Origin: Monocercomonoides exilis PA203
Lineage: Eukaryota > Protista > Preaxostyla
Assembly (NCBI GenBank): GCA_001643675.2
Contig: LSRY02000066.1
Coordinates: 1 to 64,000 of the forward strand
DNA length: 64,000 nt
Reading direction: 5' to 3'
Position 1 is the stretch's first letter, and each line of letters begins with the position of its first letter. The notes under the pieces were generated by a model. The model saw nothing but the letters and a program-made list of their open reading frames with translations, had not been told where the DNA came from and did no database searches. Shown here in pieces: positions 38,001 through 50,491 of this stretch. Both the position numbers and the translations under genes were made by a program.

Positions 38001-40246
38001 ACGAAGACGAAGATGAATATGATGATGGAGATGTTGAAGACGATGGAGATACGAATATTGAGGAAGATATGGAGAAAGAAGGAAAAGATGGAGAGGAAGA
38101 GAAGGAAGGAGAAGAACAACACAAACGCATTGCAAAAGTCAGAAAGCATTCAATAAGCAGAAGAAAACGAAGAATGCTGCTTCGAAGTATTCCGCCTCAC
38201 ATCGCTTTGTTCTGTTGCGATGGAGCAATTCCATCTGAATATCTGCCTTCAAAAAAGGGAATTCAAAACTCTTCTTCTTTCTCTTCCTCTTTGGGAGATT
38301 CATTACCTCTTCAATCAAAAGCTCATTTGCTAAGTGAAGAAAGACAGGATGATGTTATCGGCTTGTCGTCTCGTTTAACCGCACGCATTCAATCCTCTTC
38401 TATTTCTTCTTCTTCTTCTTCTTTCTTTTCTTCAATCAGGCCAAGCTTAGCTGCATCTATCATTCTGTTTGCACTTCAGCCATTCCGCTTCGCCACGTTT
38501 TCTCTCCTTCGTTTTCCTCTCTATTTTTCCAAGTCTCATTTATCAGACCGATTTGATGAAGAAGTGCTTCAGACTCTTCCCTTTTTAGACTCTCTCTCTT
38601 CTCCTGTGCTGCCTTCATTCACCGACCTCCCGTCGCTGGCATTAGCATTGACTCGCACGCCCACTGCACTCACTTTGGAGGAGCTGCATTATCTTCTGTC
38701 TCAGCTGCATCTGCTGGCAGGTGTGGTGATTGCGTCGCAGAAGGAAGGGGAGAACAAGAATGACATCTTCAGAGTGGCTGTGGAGGAGGAGGAGAAGAGG
38801 ATTGTGAAAGAAGAGGAGAGAGAAAACAGATGGAAGGAGAGAAACGGAGTTGTTGGGATGGTTGATGTGGGGCTGAGAACAGGAGAAGAGAAAGAGAAAG
38901 AGAAAAGCGAAAGGAAAAAGATGAAGTCGCACAATTATTTGCATTTGGATAAAGTTCTGATGATGATACGGCCTCTGATTGAAGCAAATGAAAGTGGAGA
39001 AGGCATAACAGAGTTTGTGTCGCTGATGCTGTTTATTTTGCCTTCTCTTCTGCAACACCTCTCATCATTGAGCATGCTTGCGAGGCTGATCAATTCAAAA
39101 CTGGAACAAGACAACAAAAAGAGGCGCAAGCAAAAGGGAAGCAAGAAAATGTCTGTGAAGAATGGTTTGTCGTATCTGCCGAGGGAGATGATTACAAGAA
39201 GAGATCTGAACACGGGGACAGCACGTGTGGATATGCACTTTGGGATTGAAGAGGATGAAGAGAAAGAATGCGAACTGGATGAAAGGCAGATGGGAGAAGA
39301 AGGAGGAGAGTCTTCTTCTTCTTCTTCTACGCAAAAAACAGAAAGGAGAAAGAAAATTAATGGGAAAGAGCAAATAAACTCAAAAAGGAGGTTGATTGAC
39401 GATGATGATGATGGAGAAGAGGAGGAGAATGAAGGCAAAGGAAACAATAGAAATGAAGAAGATGGTTCAGAGAACGAAAAAGAAGATAAAAGCAATGAAC
39501 ATTCTCGCCAAAAACGAGGCAAATTCCAGCAGCTGCTTGAGCTGAATGCAAAAGAGAGGGAAAGCTATGAGTATCAGCAGTCGATGATAGAAGAGTGTGT
39601 TATGTCGATCATCTCTCTTCTGTACACCACATTCACAGACTCAGCTGTGTTGTCTCTGCCTCGAATGCAGATGATCAAGCCAGACACCTCCTTTTCTTCT
39701 TCTCAAATGGCAAGTCACACACAAAGCGATATGGCTGGACTTATGCCTCTTGGATACTCGTTGAATCAAAATAATTCGTCTCTTTCTTCTTCTTCCTCTT
39801 TTTCCTCCTCCTCCTCCTCCTCCTCCTCGTCCTCCTCCTCTTTCTCATCATCATCATCTTCTTCTTCTTCTTCTTTCTTCATTCCTAATCCTTCTGTTAC
39901 ACTTCGCCTTCTTCTTGCTTCTCTATCCGGTTTGCTTCCAAACCCCATTTCACAATCAGTTCCTTCTTCTTCTGAATCATTTTTCAACGTCCCTCTTCTA
40001 CCCACGCCTCATCCAATAAACTCTCCTTTCTTCTTTCCTTCTGTCTACATTTCAAACATCCATCTTCTTCCTTCGCTTCCTTCGCTGTTGTTCTCCACTC
40101 TGCAGGCATTTGAGACAAATGGCTTGTTTTCGCTTCCTTTTCTGTTCAATTCATTTGACATGGCTGTTGACATCTGTCTGCTTGTCAACAAACTTCTGTG
40201 TTTGTCTCCTCAACATTTGATAAAAGATTCTTTTGCTGCTCCATCA

Positions 40247-40277
<31 letters not shown>

Positions 40278-42151
40278 CTTCTTCTTCTTCTTCTTCTTCT
40301 ATGTCTTTATTCAGGTTAAATAATAATTCATCAGCTGAAGCAGCAGCTGTTCTATTCACATCACCTTCACTTCCACAACTTTCCCAATCATTCTTCAAAT
40401 TATTAGAAGAATATCTCAAACATTGCTGGAGTGCCAACGCATCACTGCCTTTCTCTTCTTCCAAAGCAATCCGACCTTCCATTTCTCGTTCAAGTGCTCT
40501 TTATCGGTTGCCTTCTGCTTCTTTGAGTGCTCTGCTCAATTTGTATGCTTCGAGAAGTCCAAACGAATGCCATCTGCTTCTGTCCATTACAACAACACAC
40601 TTCTCAGCATTGGCTAAAGATGTGAAGAGGAGGTTGGAGATGGAAGTGATGGGAGTGGAAACGAAGAGCGGGATGAATGTTGAAGAAGACGATGATGATG
40701 GCAACGACGACGATGAGAAAGAAGAAAGCAATGATGATAACAATGAGGATGAAAGCGATGATAACAGTGATGAAAGCGGAGAAAGCGGAGATGAAATGAA
40801 AAAGAGGAAGAAGAAAAGCAGCAAAAAGAAAAGTAAATCCAATAAAAAATCAAAATCAAAATCCTCTTCGAAGCAAAAGGGACAAATGCAAGAAAGAGAA
40901 TGCGAGTTTGGCACGTTGAATGAAAGCACGATTTATGTGTGGTTTGAGGTGATTATTCGGAGGTTATGCGATCTGATGAAAGGGTTGAAGGCAAAGTTCT
41001 CACCAATTGAAAAAGAAGTCAAAAAGAACGACAGAAAAAACAAGGAAAAAGCATCTGCATCGAAAGAGACTCCGAATGGCTCGTCGTCTTCGCGTGTTCC
41101 CCAGCCAGTGCTCACTTTGTTTGCATCGATGTCTTTGTGCGTGGAAGCGTTCTATTCTCTTTCTGAATGCGCCAAGCTGTTTGGCCTTCCGCAGCTGGTG
41201 CTTCTGTTCTTGCGGTATTCGCGTCTTTTCCTGCATGGATTCCTATTGCTTTTGCCACTTCTGGCAGAAACAGCAAAAGGAGAAGCAGTTTTGGCAGTTG
41301 GAGTGGTTGATTGTCTGCAGTCGGGGATGAAGTTCATTCAGACGCTGATCGATGAAGAGGTGTGGAGGAAAGGGAAAGTGGAGGAGAAAGAGGAAGATGA
41401 AGAGGAGGATGATGAAGAGGAAGAGGAAGAGGAAGAATCAAGCGAGAAAGATGATGATGAATCTGGTAGTCAAAACAGTGAGTCAGAAAAAAGGAAAAAG
41501 AAAAAGAAGAAACAAAAGGAGAAAAAATCCAAAAAGAAATCAAAAAAAGCGAAGAAAAAGGCAAATGAAAAGAAATCGTTAACCTCCGCCACAATCAAGC
41601 AAGCGAAGTGGAGTGTGCTAATACCTGGACTAAGGAAAGAGATGGAGGTGATTGTGCTGAAGACGAAGGAGATTCTGCTTAAACAAGGAGTCGAAGTGAA
41701 GTTTGGGATGGTTTCTATTGGAGATGTGGGAGCACGCAAAGAGAGTCAAACAGGACTTCTGTTCAGGTCAGTTGGAATGGGAAGTACTCATCACTCTTCT
41801 GCTTCAGAGAATAAATCTCGGAAAAAAGCGAGTCATTCTTCTTCATCTTCTTCGTCGTCATCATCATCATCTTCTTCTTCTTCTTCTTCTTCTTCGAAAA
41901 AAGTAATTAAAACTGAGGAAAAAGATAGGCTGTTGCATAGGAAGCGAATTATAAGCAGAGATGATGAGAATAAATATTCAGCAAAAAGAATTACAAAAGA
42001 TGACGAAAGTGACGATGAAAGCGGAGAAGACGATGATAATGACAATGACAATGATAATGAAGAGGAGGAAGGAGAAGGAGAAGGAGGAGAAAGTGCTGAT
42101 AACGAAAGCGAGGAAGAGGAAGAAAGCAGTGACGATGAAAGCAGCTCATAG
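33443..42151 (+). CDS. FANCD2: Fanconi anemia group D2 protein homolog (~2,830 aa)
   Basis: Collinear FANCD2 motifs: FIQLLKNLGLIF, SVIRMLL..IQ, LKQLSWLD, LRSEIILALPGI.SD..H..V, LPPIVDYL, LNMVIVK (ubiquitination-site helix), IGVIG, and C-terminal IPGLRKEMEVIVLKTKEIL. Introns 33573-33643, 33786-33826, 33968-34026. Confidence 0.88.
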
Positions 42152-42821
42152 GAAAAGTTATTCAAATAAATGTTATATTTGGAGATAAGTTGTCAGAATG
42201 AAAGGGATATTCATTTTATGAGAGACATTCAATAAAACATTGGATAACACCTCATTTCAATAGAATAAAATTTTTCAATCATTTCACAATTTTTGTTCAG
42301 TTTAATTTTTTTAAGTTGATAGATGAAGTGCTGTGATCATATTAAAGATAGATTTTGAGCACACTTCAAAAATGAAAATGTTCATACATTTGATAAGAAC
42401 TCCTAATTTCAACACTTTAATTGCTTGAATTTTAGGTATGCTCTGAGCTCACAATTTAAATTTTTTGTAACTCAATAATTGCAAAAATTCAAGCTATTGA
42501 TGAATCTTCTTCTTGTTCGTCTGTTCAGCAAGCAAAAGACATCAAATGATTGTTCAAATAATGTTGAAATAGCTAATTTTTTTCCCATTCTGAATGAACA
42601 ACTTTTCTGTAGTGCTTTTATTTCGAACAATAAGTTTTTTGTATTCATAATAAATTATCCATTCAAATAAAGTATGAAATAACATTTTTTTGAAAAATAA
42701 TAGCAAATGTTTCTTGCAAACAATATCATTTGACATTAATTATTATCTATTTTATCTTTTGTTGAACTCATTTCATTGATCAACCAGTTTCCCCATAATG
42801 TAAATAATTTGTTATTTGTTG

Positions 42822-43922
42822 ATGGATATTCTATCTCCAGGAGAACAAATATATATAAAGAATGGACTTTTACAGGGTTGTAGAACAGATGGTCGTTTTC
42901 CAATGGAATTTCGTCCTATACTTGTTGAAACAAATGTTCTTGACCAGTGTTTGGGAAGTTCAAAAGTTAGAATAGGTACACGTCTCGAAGGAACTGAAGC
43001 TATTGTAGGAATCAAGGGGATATTTGAACCTATTAATCCTGAGCTGATTGAAAAAATTGATGAGCACGTTGTTGTTTATCCAGAGGTTGAGGTTTTTGTA
43101 AACTTTGCTCCTGGTGTTGACCTTACTTCTCTGGTTCCAACATCGAGGATTCAGCTTACGGAAAAAAGGTACTTTACCCATTTGAAAAATGACAATGCAT
43201 CTGGCTCAAATGATGGTTCGGAAGCTGCTGAACCACAAGTGAATGTTACAGATAATTTGATAAGTGACCAAGGAACGGTAATTGGAGCAGTTGCTTCTGA
43301 AAAACCTCACGAAGACATTTTTTCTGACTACTTTACAAAACTGTTCAATCCAGCTTGTTTGGGATCATCTTCTGACTCAAAGAGTTCAATGTTTTATCCT
43401 TTATCTGTTTCCAATTGCAAACCGGGGAAATGGAAGTTAAGTGTCGATGTTGTAATTGTTGAATATCATGGATCTTTATTGGACTGCATTTCGATGGCCT
43501 GCCGTTCTGCGTTTTCAACAACTCAATTGCCTTTTATTGATTCAGAAGAAGTATACATGTCTGATTTCATTTCCGTAAAAAATTTACCGCTCACAACGAC
43601 GTGCTACATGATGCCTGCCACGACTCGTTCGTCAGAATCTGCTTCTGCATCCTTAATTAGCAAGACGAATTCTTCTGATCTATTTTTTGATGTTACTCCT
43701 GAAGAAGAAGCCTGTCTTCCTTGCCGCGTTGTGATCTCAGCAAGTGGCGACGGAACAATCAGACAGATGGCAAAGGAAGGAAGTAAAGGAGAAGAACCTC
43801 CGATTTCTCTCTCTGATCTCATGCAAGTCAGAACATCCGCACTTGCAGCGATTAATCAGGTGATTGAACTTGTTGATGGAATGGTTAAGAAAAATCAACA
43901 AAATAAAAACTCATCAGAATAA
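42822..43922 (+). CDS. RRP42: exosome complex component RRP42 (EXOSC7), RNase PH-like
   Basis: LSPGEQIYIKNGL..GCRTDGR...FRPILVET.V..Q..GSSKVRIG, WKLSVDVVIVEYHGSLLDCISMA..SA...T.LP, and FDVTPEEEAC. Confidence 0.88.
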   Translation: MDILSPGEQIYIKNGLLQGCRTDGRFPMEFRPILVETNVLDQCLGSSKVRIGTRLEGTEAIVGIKGIFEPINPELIEKIDEHVVVYPEVEVFVNFAPGVDLTSLVPTSRIQLTEKRYFTHLKNDNASGSNDGSEAAEPQVNVTDNLISDQGTVIGAVASEKPHEDIFSDYFTKLFNPACLGSSSDSKSSMFYPLSVSNCKPGKWKLSVDVVIVEYHGSLLDCISMACRSAFSTTQLPFIDSEEVYMSDFISVKNLPLTTTCYMMPATTRSSESASASLISKTNSSDLFFDVTPEEEACLPCRVVISASGDGTIRQMAKEGSKGEEPPISLSDLMQVRTSALAAINQVIELVDGMVKKNQQNKNSSE

Positions 43923-44661
43923 TTTTTAAGCGGCTTCGATATTTTTTTCAAAGTCTTGCAAATATATTCAATCAAATTGTGAATATTTTTGTGATTCAAA
44001 ATGACTACGTTAAAATGTTTTTATTACACAGCTTTCCTGAAAAGTACAATCCAAAGCATTTCACAACAATTTTCTAAACGTTTTCTTGAGAATTGTAAAT
44101 ACAAATTCTGATGTTTCACCGAAGCTACGTATTTCTTTTGTCTTTTGATCGTTGTAATGTTCTTTCTTTGTTCATATCATTCAACTTTTCTGCAATGTTC
44201 TCTTTTACACTTTTTCGAGCCAATGATTTCTCTCATCATCACTTCATCAAAATCTCTCACTTCATCAGAAATGATATTTAAAAGAACTTACTCGCAATTG
44301 GAAATTATTTCTCTTCTTTTTCATTTCAAATTAAAGCAATGATTCTTTGGGAAATAATCAACCAATCAATTTCTTAAGATTCGTCTATTGAAAAAATGAA
44401 AAAAAAGACTTTAAAAAATAAGTTGAATGTGAAGTGAAAAGTTTGTATGAGAATTTAAATTATTAATTATCATAAATGAGATGTTAATATAAAAAACTGC
44501 TTCTTTTTTTCATTCTCCAAATTCTAATAAATACTGCTTCAAACATAAAAATATGAATATTCAAATATTGAATCGTTATTCTCCTATTCACGAAATTCTC
44601 TTTCTAATTTTCTTTTTCATTTCTTTATTTCTTTCTTTATTTATTTATTCGGAAGTATTCT

Positions 44662-46800
44662 TCATGGTGTTTTCGTTTCATTTTCGCTTTTGTTTTCTTC
44701 TTTCTTGTTCTCCTCTGGTTTTTCGTCTTTCTTTTTGTCATCATCTTTTCCTTCGTCCTTCTTCTCTTCTTTTCCTTCTTTTCCTTTCTCTTTGTCTTCT
44801 TTCTCCTTCTTCATCTTTTCTGCCTCTCTCCTTTTCCTGGCTGCAACTTTCTCTGGAAACTTCTTCCTCCAAATCATCAAATACTGCTTTAATCCTTCAG
44901 GCGTCTTTTCCTTCATCAGCTCCATCACCTCCTCAAAATCATCCTCAAAATCTTTTTCCTCTGTGTTCTTGCCATCATCGTCTTCGTCCTCTTCCTCTTC
45001 CTCTCCGTCTTCCTCGTCCTCGTCTCCATACATGATGCCATCTGGCCCATACAGCACAATATCGTCTGCATCGTCGTCAAAGTCCCCTTCGTCCTCCATG
45101 TCGTAGTCTTCGGCTATTCCCCCAAGGCCCATCTGCTGCAGCACATCGTTCAGCGTCTCCTCGTCCATCCCATCTGGAAACTGGTCAAGAAACTTCTGCA
45201 GCTCATCTGCCGCTTTTTTGCCTTTTTTCTTTTTGTCTTTGCGATGGTGCTTGGATTTCTTGGTTTTGTCTTTGCCTTCTTCGGAACTTTCTCCTTTGTC
45301 TTCTTTTTCTTTTTCTTTTCCTTCTTTGTTTTCTACTTTATCATCCTTTTTCTCATTTTCGTCTTTGTTGTCTTCTTTTGTTGCTTTTTCCTCATCTTTC
45401 CCTTCTTTCTCTTTGTCTTCTTTTGACTCCTCCTTTTTCTTCTTTTCTGATTCCTTCTCGCTCTCCTCTTCTTTCTTGTTCTTTTCCTTTTTCTCCTTTT
45501 TCTCTTTTGACGCATCTTTGTCATCTTCTGTTTCGAGTATGATGCCACCAGCATTCGTCTCATCAGACGACTTCATTCGCTTCTCTTCCCCAGGCTTTGT
45601 TTGGCTTTTGTGTGCCTTATCTTTCTTCTCTTTGCTTTTCTTTTCTCCTTCTTCCATCTTTTTGAATAGCAATTCAATGGCTTCTGGACTCAGCTCTCCA
45701 TCTCCATCGACATCAATAAATCCGTCCATCCCATCCGCACTGACAAACACTGGATCTATTTCTTTGCTGTCTGCATCTTCTTCGCTTCCCATGACTTCCT
45801 CGTCGTCATCATCTTCTCCGTTGAAGTCGATATCTTCATCATCACTTTCATCTTCATCTTCATCTTCGTCATCATCGTCATCATCGTCGTCGTCATCGTC
45901 ATCATCGTCGTCATCGTCGTCATCGTCATCGTCATCTTCGTCAGAATCTGAGTCAGAATCGTCGCTTGAGCTCTCTTTCAAATCCAAATCGCTTTCATCT
46001 TCACTTTCGTCGCTTTCTTCATCTTCTTTCCCTTCTTCTTTCTTCTTCTTACTCTTTTCAACATATCGTTTAAAGCTCCTTTTTATGTGAGAGCCTATCA
46101 TCATCTCCGCAAGCGTTCTTTTTGTCTTTACCACTGCAGATGAACCATCTTCGCCTACAGACCAAGGGTTTGCAAATGGGTGAGATTCTGGAAGAGAAAT
46201 GTCATCAGCCTTTTCTGGTGCAGCTTCTTCAATCTTTTCATTCGTATTCTTTTGAACAAGATCACTAATATCTCTTGCGTGGAGCAATTCCTTTAATCTT
46301 TCTTCGCTATATCCATCTTTGAAAAACTCTGGAAATACTTCAAGGATAATTGATTGAAACTCTTCATCCGTTACATGCTCCTTTTTCTTTGGCTTGGGTT
46401 CTGCCCAATTACTTTTAACCGGAGGCTTTATTTTTGCAACCTCTGAAAGTTGCTTGTTTGCGTTTTGCTGTTCGCTTGAAGACGGTATGGATCCAGGACG
46501 ATTCGATTTATTTCGGGAACGGATTAATTGCACTGATGCACCATCGGAAATATCTTTCGTCAAAAAATAAATAGGTAAAAAATTGAACATATGTTAAAAA
46601 TAAAGTTGCTAACTTGCGACAGATAGTGATTGTGCATCTTGGAGTTTCATCCGATTGTATAATAGATTTTGTTCAGAAATTGGTATTTTCTTTTCTTCTT
46701 CAAGTTTTTGTTTAAGATCCCCAACCGTAGAATCTTGAGAAAGAGAAATTTTAGCTATTTCGCCTGCTATAGTTTTTATTGATACTGTTATTGTGCTCAT
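44662..46800 (-). CDS. ubiquitin-like-domain protein with long acidic and Lys/Glu-rich regions (possibly ubiquilin-derived)
   Basis: Exon 1, intron 46613-46554 and exon 2 give a UBL domain (TVGDLKQKLEEEKKIPISEQNLLYNRMKLQDAQSLSVANISDGASVQLI), followed by PFANPW, a poly-Asp tract and a KE-rich tail. Confidence 0.82.
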
Positions 46801-47380
46801 ATAAAAAGTCTAATTTATTGATTGAAATATTATATGGCAACTTGATCAACATAAAGATTTTCAAAATAAAAGGAAGATTAAAAAAGGAAAAGATGAGATA
46901 TCTAGAGTGTAAAACTCGGCAATGCAAATGAAAAAAAGTGCCCAACAAATAACATACAAAGATAGGAAGGATTTCAAAATATTTTAAAAGATTCTCAAAT
47001 TACAGTTTTCCATTTTCAAATAAACTCCAACAGTCAATGGCAAATTACAATGATTAACCAGAGTTACCCAAACAACCATTTTCACGAAATTCTAAATAGA
47101 CCAATAAAAAAATCATTGTGGATTAAACTCCAAAAGCGTGTGTAACTAAGTCAAAAAAGGAAGTCGAAATGAAGCGACAAAAAGCATTAAACAATAAAAA
47201 CGTAATTTCTGAATGTGTAAGACAATAAATTTGAACAAAGCTCATAAAAAAATACAGATTGAAATACAAAAGTTTTGATACAAGTGAACAAACTTTAAAA
47301 AAAAAAATAATAATAATAATTCTAAAAAATACATAACAATACTTCAATTAAAAACTCAATGTGGAAAAAAAAACCAAGTT

Positions 47381-50151
47381 TCAGATCTTCAGATTGCTCC
47401 CCAGTGACGTGTCGAATAGAAGTGCCATCGCGAGTGAGAGAAGGCCCATCAAGCTGCCAGACACAAGGAGCACCACTGCAATCACCTTTGCCGCTGTACA
47501 GCCAGGTTTGTAGCTTCTGTAGTATGCAATCATCTGCTTGTTCTTCCGATAGCACGAGGGAATGGCTGGGTCGTAGTATCTCTTTGTGGACGTGAATCTC
47601 TTCGCATTGTTCGCAAAGCGCAGATACAGCGCAGAAGGGAACAGGAACATGATCGACACACCAGCAGTAGAGCCCATGATGTCAAACACAAGATTCACTG
47701 TTGGTATGAAGTTGGCTAATATCATCGCAATCGCTGTCAGACATGATCCAATCGCACACGACAAGAACAGCCCATTGGAACAAGGCCCGCAGCACGTGCG
47801 CTGCCCCCACGGCTTCTTCTTCTCCCCACGCGTCACCTCAATCATGTTGGACGACGCGGAGCTTCCAGCTGACGTGTGCACTGTGCTTGTGCTCCCTCCT
47901 TCCATTTGTGCTGGCTCGTATGCTCCTTTCCCTTTTTCTGCTCCTCCGCCGTCTGCTTTCCCTTCCTCTACCTGCACATCTTCTGTCCCTGGCGGAGCCT
48001 CTCCGCCCACAAAGCGGTATTCGTAGTCAAACTCTTCGTTCGATGCTGAGTGTCCACCAAAGATAAGCGCAAACGAAGGGATGGGCAGATAGTGGCTTCT
48101 CTCCACCGTAGCTGTCCTGCCTGTGGGTGGCGGGTAGATGTAGAACTCTTCCTCCAGATTCTCAATGTTGGACTCTTCCAAAGGAGGTGTTTCAATCGGA
48201 TTCCCATTTTCGTCCACAAAAGGAGAGATCGAGCGCTCGCTGGGGGTCGCTGAGGAAGATCGGAAATCGGGCGTGCTGCTTCCGCGTGAAGAAGACAAGA
48301 GAGGCTGCTCCAAGCTGTCTGAAGGAGAGGAAGCCGAGGCTGATGCTGAGAATGACTCCTGAACGGGATCTTCCATGCTTCCTCTATTTCCTTTTCCTCT
48401 TCCTTCTTCTTCTTCTTCTAACTCGTTCGGATTCAGATATGTCATTTCAACTGGAGACTTCATCACAAATTCATGCACATTGCTTCCAACATCAGCAGAT
48501 CCATCATTATTATTGCCTTCTCCAGCCTTCCCTCCTTCCTCACTTCCGTTACCATTACCTTCCTTCTCCATCATCTTCTCCTGCTCCTTCTCATCCAACA
48601 TCAGCTCGTCCTTCTCTCCATCGTTGTCGTCTTTTCCTTCCTCTTCTTCTGGCGCATCTGGATCATCAGCATCCTTCGTTTCTTTGCTCAGTACATTCCA
48701 CTCCTTGTCCTTCTTCATCCTCTCGTCCTCCTCCTCAATCTCCTTCTCCAGTTCAAACAATCTCCCCGTCACCTCTCTCCCACGCCCAATTGGCGTATGC
48801 CTCCCAAAAGACTCTGATTGCGTCCTCAGTTTCCGAAACGGAATGTACGGCTCTGATGTCATCCCTGTCATAACATGCCTTGGAGGAGTCCCTTTTGCTT
48901 CTCCCAGTCCTTCCTGTGCTTTTACACTTTCTCCGCTTCCGCCTCCTGCTTCTCCTGGTCCTTTGCCTTCGCCCTCCTTCTGCTTTTTGTTTTGCCTCAT
49001 TTCCATCAGTTGGGGTGGTTCTATATTTGTCACAATTTGCCTTGTGGTTGCAGTCTTCACTTTGATAAATGTTCGAACTCTTCCTTTGCTGTCTTTTGGC
49101 TGATTCCTTTCAACAATCATCTTTTTAATCATTGATGTAATGTTGATAAGAGCCATACGCGCAGGAAGCATTTGCACTGGATAGCAGAATGTCACAGTTA
49201 TCAAAGAACCACATCGCGCCAGAATGGGTAAAATATCTCGCTCTTGAAACATGGTGAGAATGTTACCAGGAGTTGGGTGAGTAAAGTATTGAGAAGTGAA
49301 ACACATGTAGCCAAACGATCCAGCTGCTATGTAGAAAGTTCCCACTATCAATACTTGCAATATAAGCACCTTTGTCATCGCTGGCTTAGATCTTCCTTTG
49401 TACTCGCTCAACACAAGAGGCACATTCTGATGACAACATGTTGAAAAAATAAGCGTCGAAAAAGTTTGTATAGCTTTAATATTTGTTTGTAGCAGCACTG
49501 GTGGATCTGCTTTTGGGGATCCTTCTGCTGGAATAAAGCAGCGAATGATTATAACAACAATACATAATCCCATTGATATTGTTCCAAGAAATGAAGTAAA
49601 TTTCAAAGCATCAAGACTTCTAAACCATCCTAAAAGTTGAAGGATTGCTATTCCAACAATAAGAATAATGATGAAACGCTCAACAAAAATAGAATCTTCT
49701 GGAACTCCAGCAACTTTAAGAAGAGCAGGAACAAAATCACTGATGAGGATAATGTAAGCCCAAAGGCATCCAAAACAATTCATGAATGTACAAAGTTCAA
49801 CAAGAAATAATCCTCCAAAACCAAAAAGTTTTGCTGCCAACTAAATTTTGAAAGATAACAAAAAAATAAACAATTTAAAGTTCAGCAAACTCCACCAAGT
49901 GAATAGATTCCGCATGCATCTGCAATAACGAGCAAAAAGTACATAGTACAAAACGCAATTAATTCAACAAGTACATTCATGCTAATTGCAAGAACAAGGC
50001 CAGCCTTTGCGTATGCAAGAGGGACACCAAGCATCCCGGCTCCGAGTGTGGAGTTAACCATTGTAAATACAGACATAACAAAATTACCTGTAGGACGCTT
50101 CAATTTGCGCGCCGGAGGAGCTGTATCTCGTCCCTCTTGATTTTTTGTCAT
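47381..50151 (-). CDS. amino acid transporter, AAAP/SLC38 family
   Basis: SVFTMVNSTLGAGMLGVPLAYAKAG, FSTCCHQNV, GSFGYMCF..GNIL, YPVQMLPAR and VFDIMGSTAG...FLFPS, with multiple hydrophobic TM segments. Intron 49890-49841. Confidence 0.92.
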
Positions 50152-50491
50152 TTGGATAATGGGAAAATGATTCTTAACGTGTTCATAATTACTCAAAAAG
50201 CATATTGCATATAATTATTATTGATTTCAGGAAAGAACAAGTTTGTTCGAGTAATATTCACAACCATAATCATATGAATTCTCTTATAGTTTTTTGTTTA
50301 ATTCACCGAGAATTCAAAATTTTTGTTAAAATTCTTGTGTTTCTTTTTGAAACATACGGATAAAAGAAAGTTAAGTGCGAAATAATTTCTCCTATTTTTT
50401 AATATTTTTCCACTTTTTTTTGAAATTTCAGAATAGGAAATAAAATGTATGGGCGTTTAACCATAAATTACGTATTATAACCTTAAATTCA

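Noticed and set aside
44000-44400. Coding-like decayed stretch on the minus strand
   Set aside because: No motif is identifiable, so it cannot be supported as a feature.
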